A stretch of 64,000 nucleotides of DNA from Muribaculaceae bacterium (GTDB taxonomy: Bacteria; Bacteroidota; Bacteroidia; Bacteroidales; Muribaculaceae), in the NCBI GenBank assembly GCA_023666885.1, contig JAMPBB010000001.1, positions 278,068 to 342,067 of the forward strand, written 5' to 3'. The notes below the pieces were generated by a model. It was not told the DNA's origin. It worked only from the letters and a program-made list of their open reading frames with translations, and ran no database searches. Made by a program: the position numbers and the translations under genes. Each line of letters begins with the position of its first letter. Position 1 is the stretch's first letter. This document shows positions 1 through 9,951 of the stretch, one piece after another.

Positions 1-2
1 CT

Positions 3-1619
3 GATGACTCCGATGAAAGCCACGCCACACACGTGGCCGGCATAATGGGTGGCCGCTATTACGGCACCGCCACATATGTTACCGCCGATGCCGCCACGGG
101 CGACAACCGCACTCAGCAGACCGGCACCCTGCCCCACGTAGGAGTGGCACCCGATGCCGCCTTGGCCTTAGGCTGCGGCGACCTGTATGACAACAATATC
201 CTCGCTGCCGTGGGCTGTGTACTTGACTACGCCCAGAGCACCGGACGTCCGGCCGCCGTAAACCTCTCGCTCGGCTCCAACAGCGGACCGCATGACGGCA
301 CCGATGACTTCTCACAGGCACTTGACCGTCTGGGGCAGAAAGGCATAATATGTGTGGCTGCCGGCAATGAAGGTGACATGGACATGTCCATAGAGCGCAC
401 CTTCACATCCTCTGACACTCAGTTCAGTACTCTGCTTTATTATATGAGTGGCTATGTGTCCTCCATTGACGGAGTCCTTGACATATGGTCGTCCGATGAC
501 CGCACCCTGCACGTAACGGTCCAGGCCGTGAACAAGTCAGGCGTTAAGTCCACCATCATTGACTGTGACAATGTCAAGAGTACATCGTATGTAGGCTCTT
601 CATCAAAATTCATATCAAGCGGCTCGCTCAGCATTTCGGTAGGCAAGGATGCCGCCAATAACCGCTACAACGTAAACATTGACTGCTCATCAGTACGCAT
701 GGCCTCCGGCTATAGGCTTGGACTCACCATAAGCGGTGCCGAGGGCCAGAAAGCCAATGTATACTTTGAGGGCTATTCCGCATTCACTGACAGCTACAAT
801 GGCCCCGGCGGCACTCCCCTCACCGGCTTCGTGGCCGGAACGCCTGACCAGTCCATCAACGGCATGGGCTGCGGCTATAACGTGGTTACAGTAGGCGCAT
901 ACACCTCCGCTGCAAACTGGGGCGACTTCTCCGGCTCATGGTCATATGAGGAGAAACAGGATGACTACACCTCATTCTCAAGCTACGGCTCTACTCCCGA
1001 CGGACGCCGGCTCCCCGAAATCAGCGCTCCCGGGTCAGTGATAGTATCATCCTACAGCCGCTACTACGTGGCCAAGGGCTATACCTATGATTCGGCCGAG
1101 GATATGGTGGCTTCAGCCAAGGACGGCTCCAACACCCAGTATTGGGGTGCCATGCAGGGCACATCCATGGCCACACCTTACGTTACCGGCGTGGTGGCAC
1201 TGATGCTTCAGGCCGATCCCTCGCTGAACATTGATGACGTTCACAGCATACTCGCTGCCACCGCCACTACTGACAGCTACACGCAGGCCTCGCCCGAGCG
1301 CTTCGGCGCCGGCAAGGTCAACGCCCTTGAAGCCGTGCGCGAAACCCTGCGTCGCAAGGCCGGCATAGGCTCCGTAGCGGCCGATGCTGACATGGCCGTG
1401 TCAGTAATCCGACACTCCGGAAGCATAGACATATCCGCCACTGACGGCACAAGCCCTATAGAGGCTGCCCTCTTCACTACGGCCGGTATGGAAGTAGCCC
1501 GCCGAAATGCTCCGGCAGGAAGCGTCACGCTGTCCACCGAATCGCTCACACCCGGTGTGTATATCCTTACCGCCGTAACCTCGGCAGGACGCACCACACG
1601 CAAAATAACCATACGCTGA
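3..1619 (+). CDS. S8 (subtilisin-like) serine peptidase with C-terminal T9SS-type sorting domain; 5'-truncated by the window
   Basis: Frame is open from base 3 (DDSDESHATHVAG, catalytic His motif). Also NLSLG, AAGNEG and GTSMATPYVTG (catalytic Ser). C-terminus LTPGVYILTAVTSAGRTTRKITIR resembles a T9SS type A CTD. Confidence 0.9.
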   Translation, partial: DDSDESHATHVAGIMGGRYYGTATYVTADAATGDNRTQQTGTLPHVGVAPDAALALGCGDLYDNNILAAVGCVLDYAQSTGRPAAVNLSLGSNSGPHDGTDDFSQALDRLGQKGIICVAAGNEGDMDMSIERTFTSSDTQFSTLLYYMSGYVSSIDGVLDIWSSDDRTLHVTVQAVNKSGVKSTIIDCDNVKSTSYVGSSSKFISSGSLSISVGKDAANNRYNVNIDCSSVRMASGYRLGLTISGAEGQKANVYFEGYSAFTDSYNGPGGTPLTGFVAGTPDQSINGMGCGYNVVTVGAYTSAANWGDFSGSWSYEEKQDDYTSFSSYGSTPDGRRLPEISAPGSVIVSSYSRYYVAKGYTYDSAEDMVASAKDGSNTQYWGAMQGTSMATPYVTGVVALMLQADPSLNIDDVHSILAATATTDSYTQASPERFGAGKVNALEAVRETLRRKAGIGSVAADADMAVSVIRHSGSIDISATDGTSPIEAALFTTAGMEVARRNAPAGSVTLSTESLTPGVYILTAVTSAGRTTRKITIR

Positions 1620-1647
1620 CGCACACGTAAAGTCGTTCAAGATACAG

Positions 1648-1682
1648 CGCGGACAGGTTTTCAGTGCCTGTCCGCGTTTTTA
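1648..1682 (+). terminator. Intrinsic terminator after the S8 peptidase
   Basis: cgcggacagg / cctgtccgcg inverted repeat followed by a T run. Confidence 0.75.
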
Positions 1683-1722
1683 TTACACATTTACGCACAA
1701 ACAGCCATTATTTGTGTAATTA

Positions 1723-1754
1723 TTTGTTAAATGAGGGCCAAACCCATAATTTTG
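1723..1754 (+). promoter_or_regulatory. Bacteroidetes sigma-A promoter of the ilv operon
   Basis: TTTG (1723-1726), 20-nt spacer, TAATTTTG (1747-1754), matching the -33/-7 consensus TTTG-N19-21-TAnnTTTG. Confidence 0.65.
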
Positions 1755-1782
1755 TAACCATTCTTCTCGAAAACACAGTACA

Positions 1783-1830
1783 TCACGCCCTCCGGCAGGG
1801 AACATATCAGGGAGGCGTGACGTTGTTTTT
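1783..1830 (+). promoter_or_regulatory. Terminator-like hairpin in the ilvD 5' leader (possible attenuator)
   Basis: tcacgccctcc ... ggaggcgtga followed by cgttgttttt, located between the promoter and the ilvD ATG. Confidence 0.5.
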
Positions 1831-1864
1831 ACTGACTGATCCATACATCACACATCCTACAAAC

Positions 1865-3700
1865 ATGACACAGCAAGCCCATCCTTACCGCAGCGCACAG
1901 AGCACCGAAGGCCGCCGTATGGCCGGAGCGCGCGCCCTGTGGCGTGCCAACGGCATGAAACCCGAACAGTTAGGCAAGCCAATAATAGCTATAGCCAACT
2001 CTTTCACCCAGTTTGTGCCCGGGCACACGCATCTGCATGAAGTAGGACAGCTTGTCAAGGAGGAGATAGAAAAGGCCGGATGCTTCGCCGCCGAATTCAA
2101 TACCATAGCCATTGACGACGGTATAGCCATGGGCCATGACGGCATGCTGTACTCGCTCCCGTCACGTGACCTCATAGCTGACTCCGTGGAGTACATGGTA
2201 AACGCCCACAAGGCCGATGCCTTAGTGTGCATATCCAACTGTGACAAGGTTACGCCCGGTATGCTCATGGCGGCCATGAGGCTCAACATACCCACCATAT
2301 TCGTGAGCGGCGGGCCAATGGAGGCGGGCCGCGTGGCTGACCGCGCCGTGGACCTTGTGGACATTATGGTGGAAAGCGCCGATGAATCGGTGCCCGACTC
2401 CCGTGTGGAGCAGCTTGAGCTTCACGGATGCCCCACCTGCGGCTCATGCTCCGGCATGTTTACCGCCAATTCCATGAACTCGCTCAACGAAGCGATAGGC
2501 CTGGCCCTGCCCGGCAACGGCACCGTCGTGGCCACACACGCTAACCGGCTGCTCCTGTTCCGCGAAGCCGCACGCCGTATAGTGGCCAACACTCTGAGCT
2601 ACTACCGTGACGGAGATGAATCGGTACTGCCGCGTAACATAGCCTCGCGTCAGGCCATGCTCAACGCCATGACCCTTGACATAGCCATGGGCGGATCCAC
2701 CAATACGGTGCTTCACCTGCTGGCCATAGCTGCCGAAGCCGGGGCCGACTTCACCATGGCCGATATCGACGCTCTGTCACGCCGCACTCCGGTACTGTGC
2801 AAGGTGGCGCCCAATTCCCGGTATCATATAGAGGACGTGAACCGCGCCGGCGGCATACTGTCGATAATGAAAGTACTGGCCGATGCCGGATTGGTGGACA
2901 CTTCGGTGAAGCGCGTTGACGGCCTCACGCTCCGTCAGGCCATTGACCGCTGGGCCATAGGCGGGAAGGACTACACTGACCGTGCCGATGAACTGTGGCG
3001 CAGCGCCCCGGGACATAAACGCACCACCAAGGCCGGCTCGCAGATGGCCTACTACTCCACGCTTGACACTGACCGCACCGGCGGATGCATACGTGATGTG
3101 GAGCACGCCTATGTACGTGACGGCGGCCTGGCCGTGCTCAAAGGCAATATAGCCCTTGACGGATGCGTGGTAAAGACGGCCGGTGTGGATGAATCCATAT
3201 TCCGCTTCAGCGGTCCTGCCCGTGTGTTCCGCTCGCAGGAGGAGGCCGTTGACGGCATTCTCGGAGGCCAAGTGCGCAGCGGTGATGTAGCCGTGATTAT
3301 ATACGAGGGTCCCAAGGGTGGCCCCGGTATGCAGGAGATGCTCTACCCCACGAGCTATCTCAAGAGCCGCCATTTAGGCAAGGAGTGTGCCCTGATTACC
3401 GACGGGCGTTTCTCGGGCGGCACATCCGGACTATCCATAGGCCACATTTCACCCGAAGCTGCCGCCGGGGGTGCCATAGGCTTGGTGCGTGACGGCGATA
3501 TAATAGACATAGACATACCTTCCCGTTCCATCAATGTGCGCCTCTCCGCCGAGGAGCTTGAAAGCCGGCGCCGCGAGGAGCTGTCACGAGGCGCCGAGGC
3601 CTTCACCCCCGCCGGGCGTGACCGCAAGGTATCCAAAGCACTCAGAGCATATGCTGCCGCAGTGAGCTCGGCTGACAAGGGCGGCGTACGCATGATTTGA
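1865..3700 (+). CDS. ilvD: Dihydroxy-acid dehydratase
   Basis: [43 protein letters not shown] and TDGRFSGG motifs. Start moved to ATG 1865 ([10 protein letters not shown]). Confidence 0.97.
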   Translation: MTQQAHPYRSAQSTEGRRMAGARALWRANGMKPEQLGKPIIAIANSFTQFVPGHTHLHEVGQLVKEEIEKAGCFAAEFNTIAIDDGIAMGHDGMLYSLPSRDLIADSVEYMVNAHKADALVCISNCDKVTPGMLMAAMRLNIPTIFVSGGPMEAGRVADRAVDLVDIMVESADESVPDSRVEQLELHGCPTCGSCSGMFTANSMNSLNEAIGLALPGNGTVVATHANRLLLFREAARRIVANTLSYYRDGDESVLPRNIASRQAMLNAMTLDIAMGGSTNTVLHLLAIAAEAGADFTMADIDALSRRTPVLCKVAPNSRYHIEDVNRAGGILSIMKVLADAGLVDTSVKRVDGLTLRQAIDRWAIGGKDYTDRADELWRSAPGHKRTTKAGSQMAYYSTLDTDRTGGCIRDVEHAYVRDGGLAVLKGNIALDGCVVKTAGVDESIFRFSGPARVFRSQEEAVDGILGGQVRSGDVAVIIYEGPKGGPGMQEMLYPTSYLKSRHLGKECALITDGRFSGGTSGLSIGHISPEAAAGGAIGLVRDGDIIDIDIPSRSINVRLSAEELESRRREELSRGAEAFTPAGRDRKVSKALRAYAAAVSSADKGGVRMI

Positions 3701-3724
3701 CACAACGTTAACTGACACATCTCT

Positions 3725-5458
3725 ATGAACGAAACCATAACAGGAGCTGAAGCATTGATGCGAGGGCTGGTAGCCGAGGGCGTAGACCGCGTGTTCGGCT
3801 ATCCGGGCGGCTTCATCATACCGGTATATGACCGCCTGTATGACTACGCTGACCGCATAACACACGTGCTTACCCGCCACGAGCAGGGAGCCATTCATGC
3901 CGCGCAGGGATATGCACGCGCCTCGCACCGTACCGGAGTGGTGATAGTGACCTCCGGCCCGGCCGCCACCAATCTCATAACCGGCCTGAGCGATGCCATG
4001 ATGGACAGCACGCCATTAGTGGTAATAACCGGACAGGCTCCGAGCCACATGCTCGGCACCGATGCGTTTCAGGAAACTGACGTGATAGGCATAACTCAGC
4101 CCGTAACCAAATGGTCATGTCAGGTACGTGAGGCCTTCAACGTAGGCCCCGTGCTGGCCCGCGCATTCCATATAGCATCTACCGGACGCCCCGGACCGGT
4201 AGTGATTGACCTCACACGCGATGCCCAGACCGGGCTCACCGATTCCGTGTATGAGAAGTGCCGCTTTATCCGCTCCTACACTCCCTATCCGGCCATAAAC
4301 CGTGCGCACGTAAAGCGCGTGGCCGATCTTATCAATTCGGCTCGCCGCCCCATGATTCTGGCCGGACAGGGCATAACCATATCTGAAGCCGAGGACCGGC
4401 TCCGCGCCCTGGCCGAAAAAGCATCCATCCCAGTGGCATTCACCATGCTCGGACTGTCAGCACTCCCCTCGGGCCACCCGCTCAACATGGGTATGCTCGG
4501 CATGCACGGCAACATTGCCCCCAACGTCAACACTAACCGCGCTGACCTGATAATAGCCATAGGCATGAGGTTCGATGACCGCGTGACCGGCGATGTAGAC
4601 AGCTACGCGCGTCAGGCACAGATAGTGCACATTGATATCGACGAGTCAGAATTCAACAAGAATATACGCGTCAATGCCACAGTCCACGGTGATGCCTCCG
4701 AGGTGCTTGACATGCTCCTGCCGCTGATAGAGCCGCGAGCTCACGATGAATGGATAGCATCGTTCCGCGAGCATCAGAAAGTGGAGCGCGAGGAGGTAAT
4801 GGAGAGCGCTGCCTACCCCACAGCTCCCGATGAACCGATGCGCATGGGCGAAATGGCACGCAAGGTGAGCGAAGCCGCCGGTGAGGCTCCTATCCTGGTA
4901 ACGGATGTAGGACAGAATCAGCTGCTCTCGGCTCGCTACTTCCGCTACTCCGGCGCCCGATCCATAATAACATCGGGCGGACTCGGCACCATGGGCTTCG
5001 GCCTTCCCGCCGCCATAGGTGCCAAGATGGGCGCACCTGAGCGTCAGGTATGCCTGTTCTGCGGCGATGGCGGTATACAGATGACCATACAGGAATTAGG
5101 CACCATAATGCAGTACGGTACCGCCGTAAAGATAGTGATACTAAACAACAATTTTCTGGGCAACGTACGCCAGTGGCAGGCACTGTTCTATGACAGCCGC
5201 TTCTCGCAGACCCCCATGCTCAACCCTGACTTCGTGACCATAGCCAAGGCTTACGGCATTCCGGCCGAGGATGTGAGCCGCCGTGCCGATGCCGATGCAG
5301 CCATTGACAGGATGATGAAGCATGACGGCCCGTATATGCTCAACGTGAACATTCGCGAGGATGACATGGTATTCCCCATGACACCCGCCGGCGAACCGGT
5401 TGACCTCATATTCCTTGACGCATCACGCCGTTACAGTCCTAAAGCGCAGCAACTATGA
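3725..5458 (+). CDS. ilvB: Acetolactate synthase large subunit
   Basis: FGYPGG, RHEQGA, TSGPAATN, TDAFQE and the GDGG...NN TPP-binding motif. Confidence 0.96.
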   Translation: MNETITGAEALMRGLVAEGVDRVFGYPGGFIIPVYDRLYDYADRITHVLTRHEQGAIHAAQGYARASHRTGVVIVTSGPAATNLITGLSDAMMDSTPLVVITGQAPSHMLGTDAFQETDVIGITQPVTKWSCQVREAFNVGPVLARAFHIASTGRPGPVVIDLTRDAQTGLTDSVYEKCRFIRSYTPYPAINRAHVKRVADLINSARRPMILAGQGITISEAEDRLRALAEKASIPVAFTMLGLSALPSGHPLNMGMLGMHGNIAPNVNTNRADLIIAIGMRFDDRVTGDVDSYARQAQIVHIDIDESEFNKNIRVNATVHGDASEVLDMLLPLIEPRAHDEWIASFREHQKVEREEVMESAAYPTAPDEPMRMGEMARKVSEAAGEAPILVTDVGQNQLLSARYFRYSGARSIITSGGLGTMGFGLPAAIGAKMGAPERQVCLFCGDGGIQMTIQELGTIMQYGTAVKIVILNNNFLGNVRQWQALFYDSRFSQTPMLNPDFVTIAKAYGIPAEDVSRRADADAAIDRMMKHDGPYMLNVNIREDDMVFPMTPAGEPVDLIFLDASRRYSPKAQQL

Positions 5459-6018
5459 CCGACACTTCCACTAACACGCTATACACCATAGTAATTTACT
5501 CGGAGCACCATGTGGGCCTGCTCAATCAGCTGTCCATAATATTCACCCGCCGGTGCCTCAACATAGAGAGCATAAGCGCAAGCCTGTCCTCGCGTCCTGA
5601 CGTGCACAAGATCACCATAACGTGCCGCTCCAACAGCGAAATGATGGACAAGGTGATACGCCAGATAGAAAAGCGCATTGACGTGATAAAGGCCTTCCTG
5701 TACACGGACGATGACCTGATATATCAGGAAGTGGCCCTATACAAGGTGGCCACGGACAAGCTCATGGCCGAGCGTGACCATGAAAAGATAATACGCCGCC
5801 ACGGTGCCCGCATACTTCAGCTCACCCCTGAATACACAGTACTTGAAAAGACAGGGCACAGCGATGAAACCATGCTCCTTTTTGAGGAACTGAAGCCGTT
5901 AGGCGTCAAGCAGTTTACCCGAAGCGGACGTGTAGCCATAACAAAGAGCCCGGTGGAACCGGTTGACAAATTTCTGCAGGACCGCGAGGCTCTCAATCCA
6001 TCAAACCAAGAATCATGA
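5455..6018 (+). CDS. ilvN: Acetolactate synthase small (regulatory, ACT) subunit
   Basis: GLLNQLSIIFTRRCLNIESI ACT motif and C-terminal RSGRVAI; ATGA overlap with ilvB. Confidence 0.93.
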   Translation: MTDTSTNTLYTIVIYSEHHVGLLNQLSIIFTRRCLNIESISASLSSRPDVHKITITCRSNSEMMDKVIRQIEKRIDVIKAFLYTDDDLIYQEVALYKVATDKLMAERDHEKIIRRHGARILQLTPEYTVLEKTGHSDETMLLFEELKPLGVKQFTRSGRVAITKSPVEPVDKFLQDREALNPSNQES

Positions 6019-6776
6019 ACGGACTTCCTGACGTATATTCACATAACTTCATGCTCACGGCAGCGCAGTGCAATGCGCAGCTTGAGCTGTCGCCCTCCAT
6101 GCTCGTACAGCAGATCATAGAAGTGGCCACTGAACACGCCGACCTGCTCGGCGTAGGATTCCGCCGTCTTAGTCAAGGCGGATGCCTGTGGGTGCTCTCG
6201 CGCATAGCTTTTGAAATGCACCGCTACCCCGGAGTGCTCGAGCCCTATATACTCAGCACGTGGATAGAGGATTTCAACCGCCACTTCTCGCAGCGAAACT
6301 TTGACATAGTGACACCCGAAGGCGAGGTGTTGGGATATGCCCGCACCATATGGGTGGCCATAGACATGAACACCCGCCGCCCGGCTGATCTTGGCGCGAT
6401 ATCGGACATAGCCTCCACTGTGGTGGACCGTCCGTGTCCCATCGACCCTCCGTCCAAGATACGCCCCTCGGCCTCTCCTCAGATAATTAACGATTACTCC
6501 TTTCAGGTAAGCGACATTGACTTCAACCGTCACGTCAACTCGGCCCGATACGTGGAGCTTGTGCTCAATCAGATGGATCTTGACACATTCGATGCCTACC
6601 GTCTGGCCCGATTCGAGATAATATACCATCATGAAAGCCATTATGGCGACAAGGCCTGTGTGGCATCAGGATTCGCGGATGATGCGCTTGTGACATCCAT
6701 ATCCGTAGACGGCACCGTAAAATGTCTGGCCCGCTCCCGTATGGCACCACGCGAAAACAAAATACTAACCAAATAA
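6015..6776 (+). CDS. Acyl-ACP thioesterase (FatA-like, double hotdog fold)
   Basis: WVLSR, SQRNFDI and SDIDFNRHVNSARY motifs. Confidence 0.88.
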   Translation: MNGLPDVYSHNFMLTAAQCNAQLELSPSMLVQQIIEVATEHADLLGVGFRRLSQGGCLWVLSRIAFEMHRYPGVLEPYILSTWIEDFNRHFSQRNFDIVTPEGEVLGYARTIWVAIDMNTRRPADLGAISDIASTVVDRPCPIDPPSKIRPSASPQIINDYSFQVSDIDFNRHVNSARYVELVLNQMDLDTFDAYRLARFEIIYHHESHYGDKACVASGFADDALVTSISVDGTVKCLARSRMAPRENKILTK

Positions 6777-6779
6777 CCA

Positions 6780-7823
6780 ATGGCAAAATTAGATTTCGGC
6801 GGCGTAATGGAAAACGTCGTTACACGTGAGGAATTTCCTCTTGAAAAAGCCCGCGAAGTGCTCAAGGGCGAGAAGATAGCAGTACTCGGCTACGGAGTCC
6901 AGGGACCCGGCCAGAGCCTCAACCTTAAGGACAACGGCTTTGATGTGATAGTAGGCCAGCGTCCCGGCCGTACATATGACAAGGCCGTAGAACAGGGATG
7001 GGTTCCCGGACAGACTCTTTTCTCCATAGAGGAGGCCTGTGAGCGTGCCACCATCATCATGTGCCTGCTCAGTGATGCAGCCGTAATAGAGCAGTGGCCC
7101 GTCATAAAAAAACACCTCACTCCCGGCAAGGCACTTTACTTCTCACACGGTTTTGCCATAATATGGCCTGACCGCACCGGTGTGGTACCGCCCGCTGATG
7201 TCGATGTGATAATGGTAGCTCCAAAAGGTTCAGGGTCGTCACTGCGCTCCATGTTCCTTGAGGGCCGTGGCGTGAACTCCAGCTACGCTGTAGAGCAGGA
7301 CGCTACAGGCCGCGCACTTGACCGCACTCTGGCCTTAGGCATAGGCATAGGTTCAGGATACCTGTTTGAAACCACTTTCCACCGCGAGGCCATATCTGAC
7401 CTCACCGGCGAGCGCGGTGCACTGATGGGTGCTATCGAAGGACTGTTCCAGGCCCAGTACGAGGTGCTTCGCGAACATGGCCACACCCCCTCGGAAGCTT
7501 TCAACGAAACCGTCGAAGAGCTCACCCAGAGCCTTATGCCCCTGTTTGCCGACAAGGGCATGGACTGGATGTATGCCAACTGCTCCACTACCGCCCAGCG
7601 CGGTGCGCTTGACTGGAAAAACCCCTTCCACGATGCCATAAAGCCTGTCATGGAACGCCTGTACACCGCAGTGGCCTCAGGCGAGGAAGCTCAGAAGAGC
7701 ATTGACTCCAACTCTCAGCCTGACTACCGCGAGAAGCTCAACGAAGAGCTGCGCCAGATGCGCGAAAGCGAAATGTGGCGCGCCGCAGCCACCGTGCGCC
7801 GCCTCCGCCCCGAAAACGACTGA
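6780..7823 (+). CDS. ilvC: Ketol-acid reductoisomerase
   Basis: GYGVQGPGQSLNLKD, FSHGF, APKGSG, SDLTGERGALMG and CSTTAQRGALDW. Confidence 0.97.
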   Translation: MAKLDFGGVMENVVTREEFPLEKAREVLKGEKIAVLGYGVQGPGQSLNLKDNGFDVIVGQRPGRTYDKAVEQGWVPGQTLFSIEEACERATIIMCLLSDAAVIEQWPVIKKHLTPGKALYFSHGFAIIWPDRTGVVPPADVDVIMVAPKGSGSSLRSMFLEGRGVNSSYAVEQDATGRALDRTLALGIGIGSGYLFETTFHREAISDLTGERGALMGAIEGLFQAQYEVLREHGHTPSEAFNETVEELTQSLMPLFADKGMDWMYANCSTTAQRGALDWKNPFHDAIKPVMERLYTAVASGEEAQKSIDSNSQPDYREKLNEELRQMRESEMWRAAATVRRLRPEND

Positions 7824-7847
7824 TCAACCCCTAATTCCCATACCCAA

Positions 7848-7890
7848 CGGCTGCGTCACCCTCCCCCACTCTGACGCAGCCGCGCTGTTT
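7848..7890 (+). terminator. Hairpin/terminator after ilvC
   Basis: Perfect 11-bp stem cggctgcgtca / tgacgcagccg, with only a short T run after it. Confidence 0.6.
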
Positions 7891-7915
7891 CAGCCATTGA
7901 TGTCGTGAAGTTTAG

Positions 7916-7947
7916 TTTGTATCTGTGCAGAAAATTTATTAATTTCG
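7916..7947 (+). promoter_or_regulatory. Putative promoter for the PAP2 gene leader
   Basis: TTTG (7916-7919), 20-nt spacer, TAATTTCG (one mismatch to TAnnTTTG). Confidence 0.45.
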
Positions 7948-8013
7948 CAGAACAAAAGACATATGGTCACAGAGGTGGCCACAAATTATTAAATCATTAA
8001 TAGAGTTTGCTAT

Positions 8014-8213
8014 TTGTTCCATACAGAATGAAACGTCGGAAACTTCATTTTTATGAACGGGAACAAGTTGTAAGCGTCCTGCTTTGCATGGGCGTAACTT
8101 GCCGTTCATAACACCAATCCGACGGGTGCATTCTGGGCAGTTTCGCTCATGCTTTGTATCCGTTGGATTATTGTATTATGAACATTGGCATTCGCACAAA
8201 CTGAATGCCAATG
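8014..8213 (+). ncRNA. Structured cis-regulatory RNA candidate (riboswitch-like leader)
   Basis: Several nested and alternative complementarities, including G-U pairs, on the + strand (see findings). Confidence 0.6.
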
Positions 8214-8999
8214 ACACATAAATCATCAAGCAAAATATGTCCGTGCATAATTATCGCGGTCATATTCGCATCTCTGAATGTAAATGCTCAAAATCAGGAA
8301 ATATCTGACGATAGCGTCTTTCACGTAAAGTCAGAAATTAGAGAAACTCCAAAATTTCAACCCAAACAATTAATATTACCTGCTACTCTTGTTGCAGTAG
8401 GTTCGTTTGGTGTATGTAATGGGGCGTTTCACAACTTGAATAACTCCATACGAGATGGTGTGGCAAATCTCAGAAATGGTCATTATTTCAGAGCTGATGA
8501 CCATATTCAGTATCTGCCTGTAATATCATATCTTGGACTTGGCGCACTGGGCGTTAATTGTAAGCATAGTTTTAAAGAACGATTTGCAGCAGGGGCAACG
8601 GCATATTTGGCAATGGGCATAATGGTCAACGCAACAAAATATGCAATAAGGGAAAAAAGACCCGATTCGGATGCTCGCAATTCATTTCCTTCAGGTCATA
8701 CCGCGACTGTTTTTATGGGAGCTGAGTTGATAAGACAAGAATATGGTCTTGGAATTTCTATTGGGGCCTATGCCATTGCTACAGGAGTGGCTTTCTTAAG
8801 GATATATAATGACCGTCACTGGCTGAATGATGTCATAGCCGGTGCTGGATTCGGCATATTGTCTGCAAGAATAGGATATTGGATGTTACCTCTATACCAA
8901 AAATGGCTTCATTGGAACAAATCCACAACAATTACGGCAATGCCAAGCTACAACATATCAAGCCATAGTATTGGCATAGGTATGGTAGCAACATTTTGA
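8205..8999 (+). CDS. PAP2 family phosphatase (AT-rich islet)
   Basis: KYAIREKRPD, SFPSGHT and RIYNDRHWLNDV match PAP2 motifs C1-C3. Signal-peptide-like N-terminus; visibly AT-richer than the flanks. Confidence 0.9.
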   Translation: MPMTHKSSSKICPCIIIAVIFASLNVNAQNQEISDDSVFHVKSEIRETPKFQPKQLILPATLVAVGSFGVCNGAFHNLNNSIRDGVANLRNGHYFRADDHIQYLPVISYLGLGALGVNCKHSFKERFAAGATAYLAMGIMVNATKYAIREKRPDSDARNSFPSGHTATVFMGAELIRQEYGLGISIGAYAIATGVAFLRIYNDRHWLNDVIAGAGFGILSARIGYWMLPLYQKWLHWNKSTTITAMPSYNISSHSIGIGMVATF

Positions 9000-9015
9000 A
9001 TGTCGGCACGGAAGG

Positions 9016-9951
9016 TTAGGGATGTGTCCGGAGATAGTGCATCATGGTGCGGCAGAGGGATTCATGGCGGCAGATGGTGTAGACAAGCACGGCGTTGAAC
9101 ACCGTGAGTTCGGCCACGAAGTAAAGCCACGGCATCCCGGCAAAGATGGATGCAAAGAGGAATATGGTGCGCCAGTTGAAAGTCATGAAATTCTCCCATT
9201 TGCACAGCGGAAAGCTCAGCTTGCGCAGATATGCCGCCACATTCTCAGGCAGCACGCCGTCAGGATAGCGACTGCGCAGCATCAGTCTGAGCTGCTGCAT
9301 GGCCGGGGTAGTCTTCTCCTGGTTCAACGTATAGCAGTAGTACACGCCCTGTATGAGCTTACGGAAGAAGTCTTTTCCCCACGACATAGCATCATACTTC
9401 TTCTTTAGTTCCACTGATGAATCAAGCTCACTCCCTGCGCGGCCTTTTACGGCATAGAGATGAAACTGCCTGTAGCAGTCGGCCACAGCCGCCTGCTTGG
9501 CATGGCATATGCCCGCCAGTACCGCCACAGTCCATATGATCCACGTATGGCCGGCAAAGAATCCTACAGTCATATTGGTACGCAAGCATATGGCTATGTA
9601 TATGGAGGCAAACCAAAAGTCGCCTGCCACTCCGTCAAGTATACGACCCAAAGCCGAGTGCTGCCCGGTAAGGCGGGCCAGCTGACCGTCGGCACTGTCA
9701 TATGAATTGGCCCACATAAGCAGCAGCATCCCTGCCACATTGACCCACATATCCGTGTAATAAAAACACACACCGGCGGCTATGCCTATAAATATGGACA
9801 TTATGGTGACGGCATTGGGCGTAACGTGGAGGCTACGGAACAGACACGCCCACGCAAAGCCTATAGGGCGATAGAACGCCAAGTCAATGTGCTCCTCAGT
9901 ATCAGCCGACTTCAGCGAAGCCCGGTATTCAGCCCTTATCTTATCAAACAT
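9016..9951 (-). CDS. CDP-alcohol phosphatidyltransferase family protein
   Basis: DSADGQLAR-x7-GRILDGVAGD signature, TPNAVT motif and TM helices. Start moved to ATG 9951, overlapping the upstream stop. Confidence 0.9.
   Translation of the reverse strand: MFDKIRAEYRASLKSADTEEHIDLAFYRPIGFAWACLFRSLHVTPNAVTIMSIFIGIAAGVCFYYTDMWVNVAGMLLLMWANSYDSADGQLARLTGQHSALGRILDGVAGDFWFASIYIAICLRTNMTVGFFAGHTWIIWTVAVLAGICHAKQAAVADCYRQFHLYAVKGRAGSELDSSVELKKKYDAMSWGKDFFRKLIQGVYYCYTLNQEKTTPAMQQLRLMLRSRYPDGVLPENVAAYLRKLSFPLCKWENFMTFNWRTIFLFASIFAGMPWLYFVAELTVFNAVLVYTICRHESLCRTMMHYLRTHP

Noticed and set aside
1664-1864. N-terminal extension of ilvD in the ORF track
   Set aside because: It spans a terminator, a promoter and a leader hairpin; IlvD similarity starts at ATG 1865.
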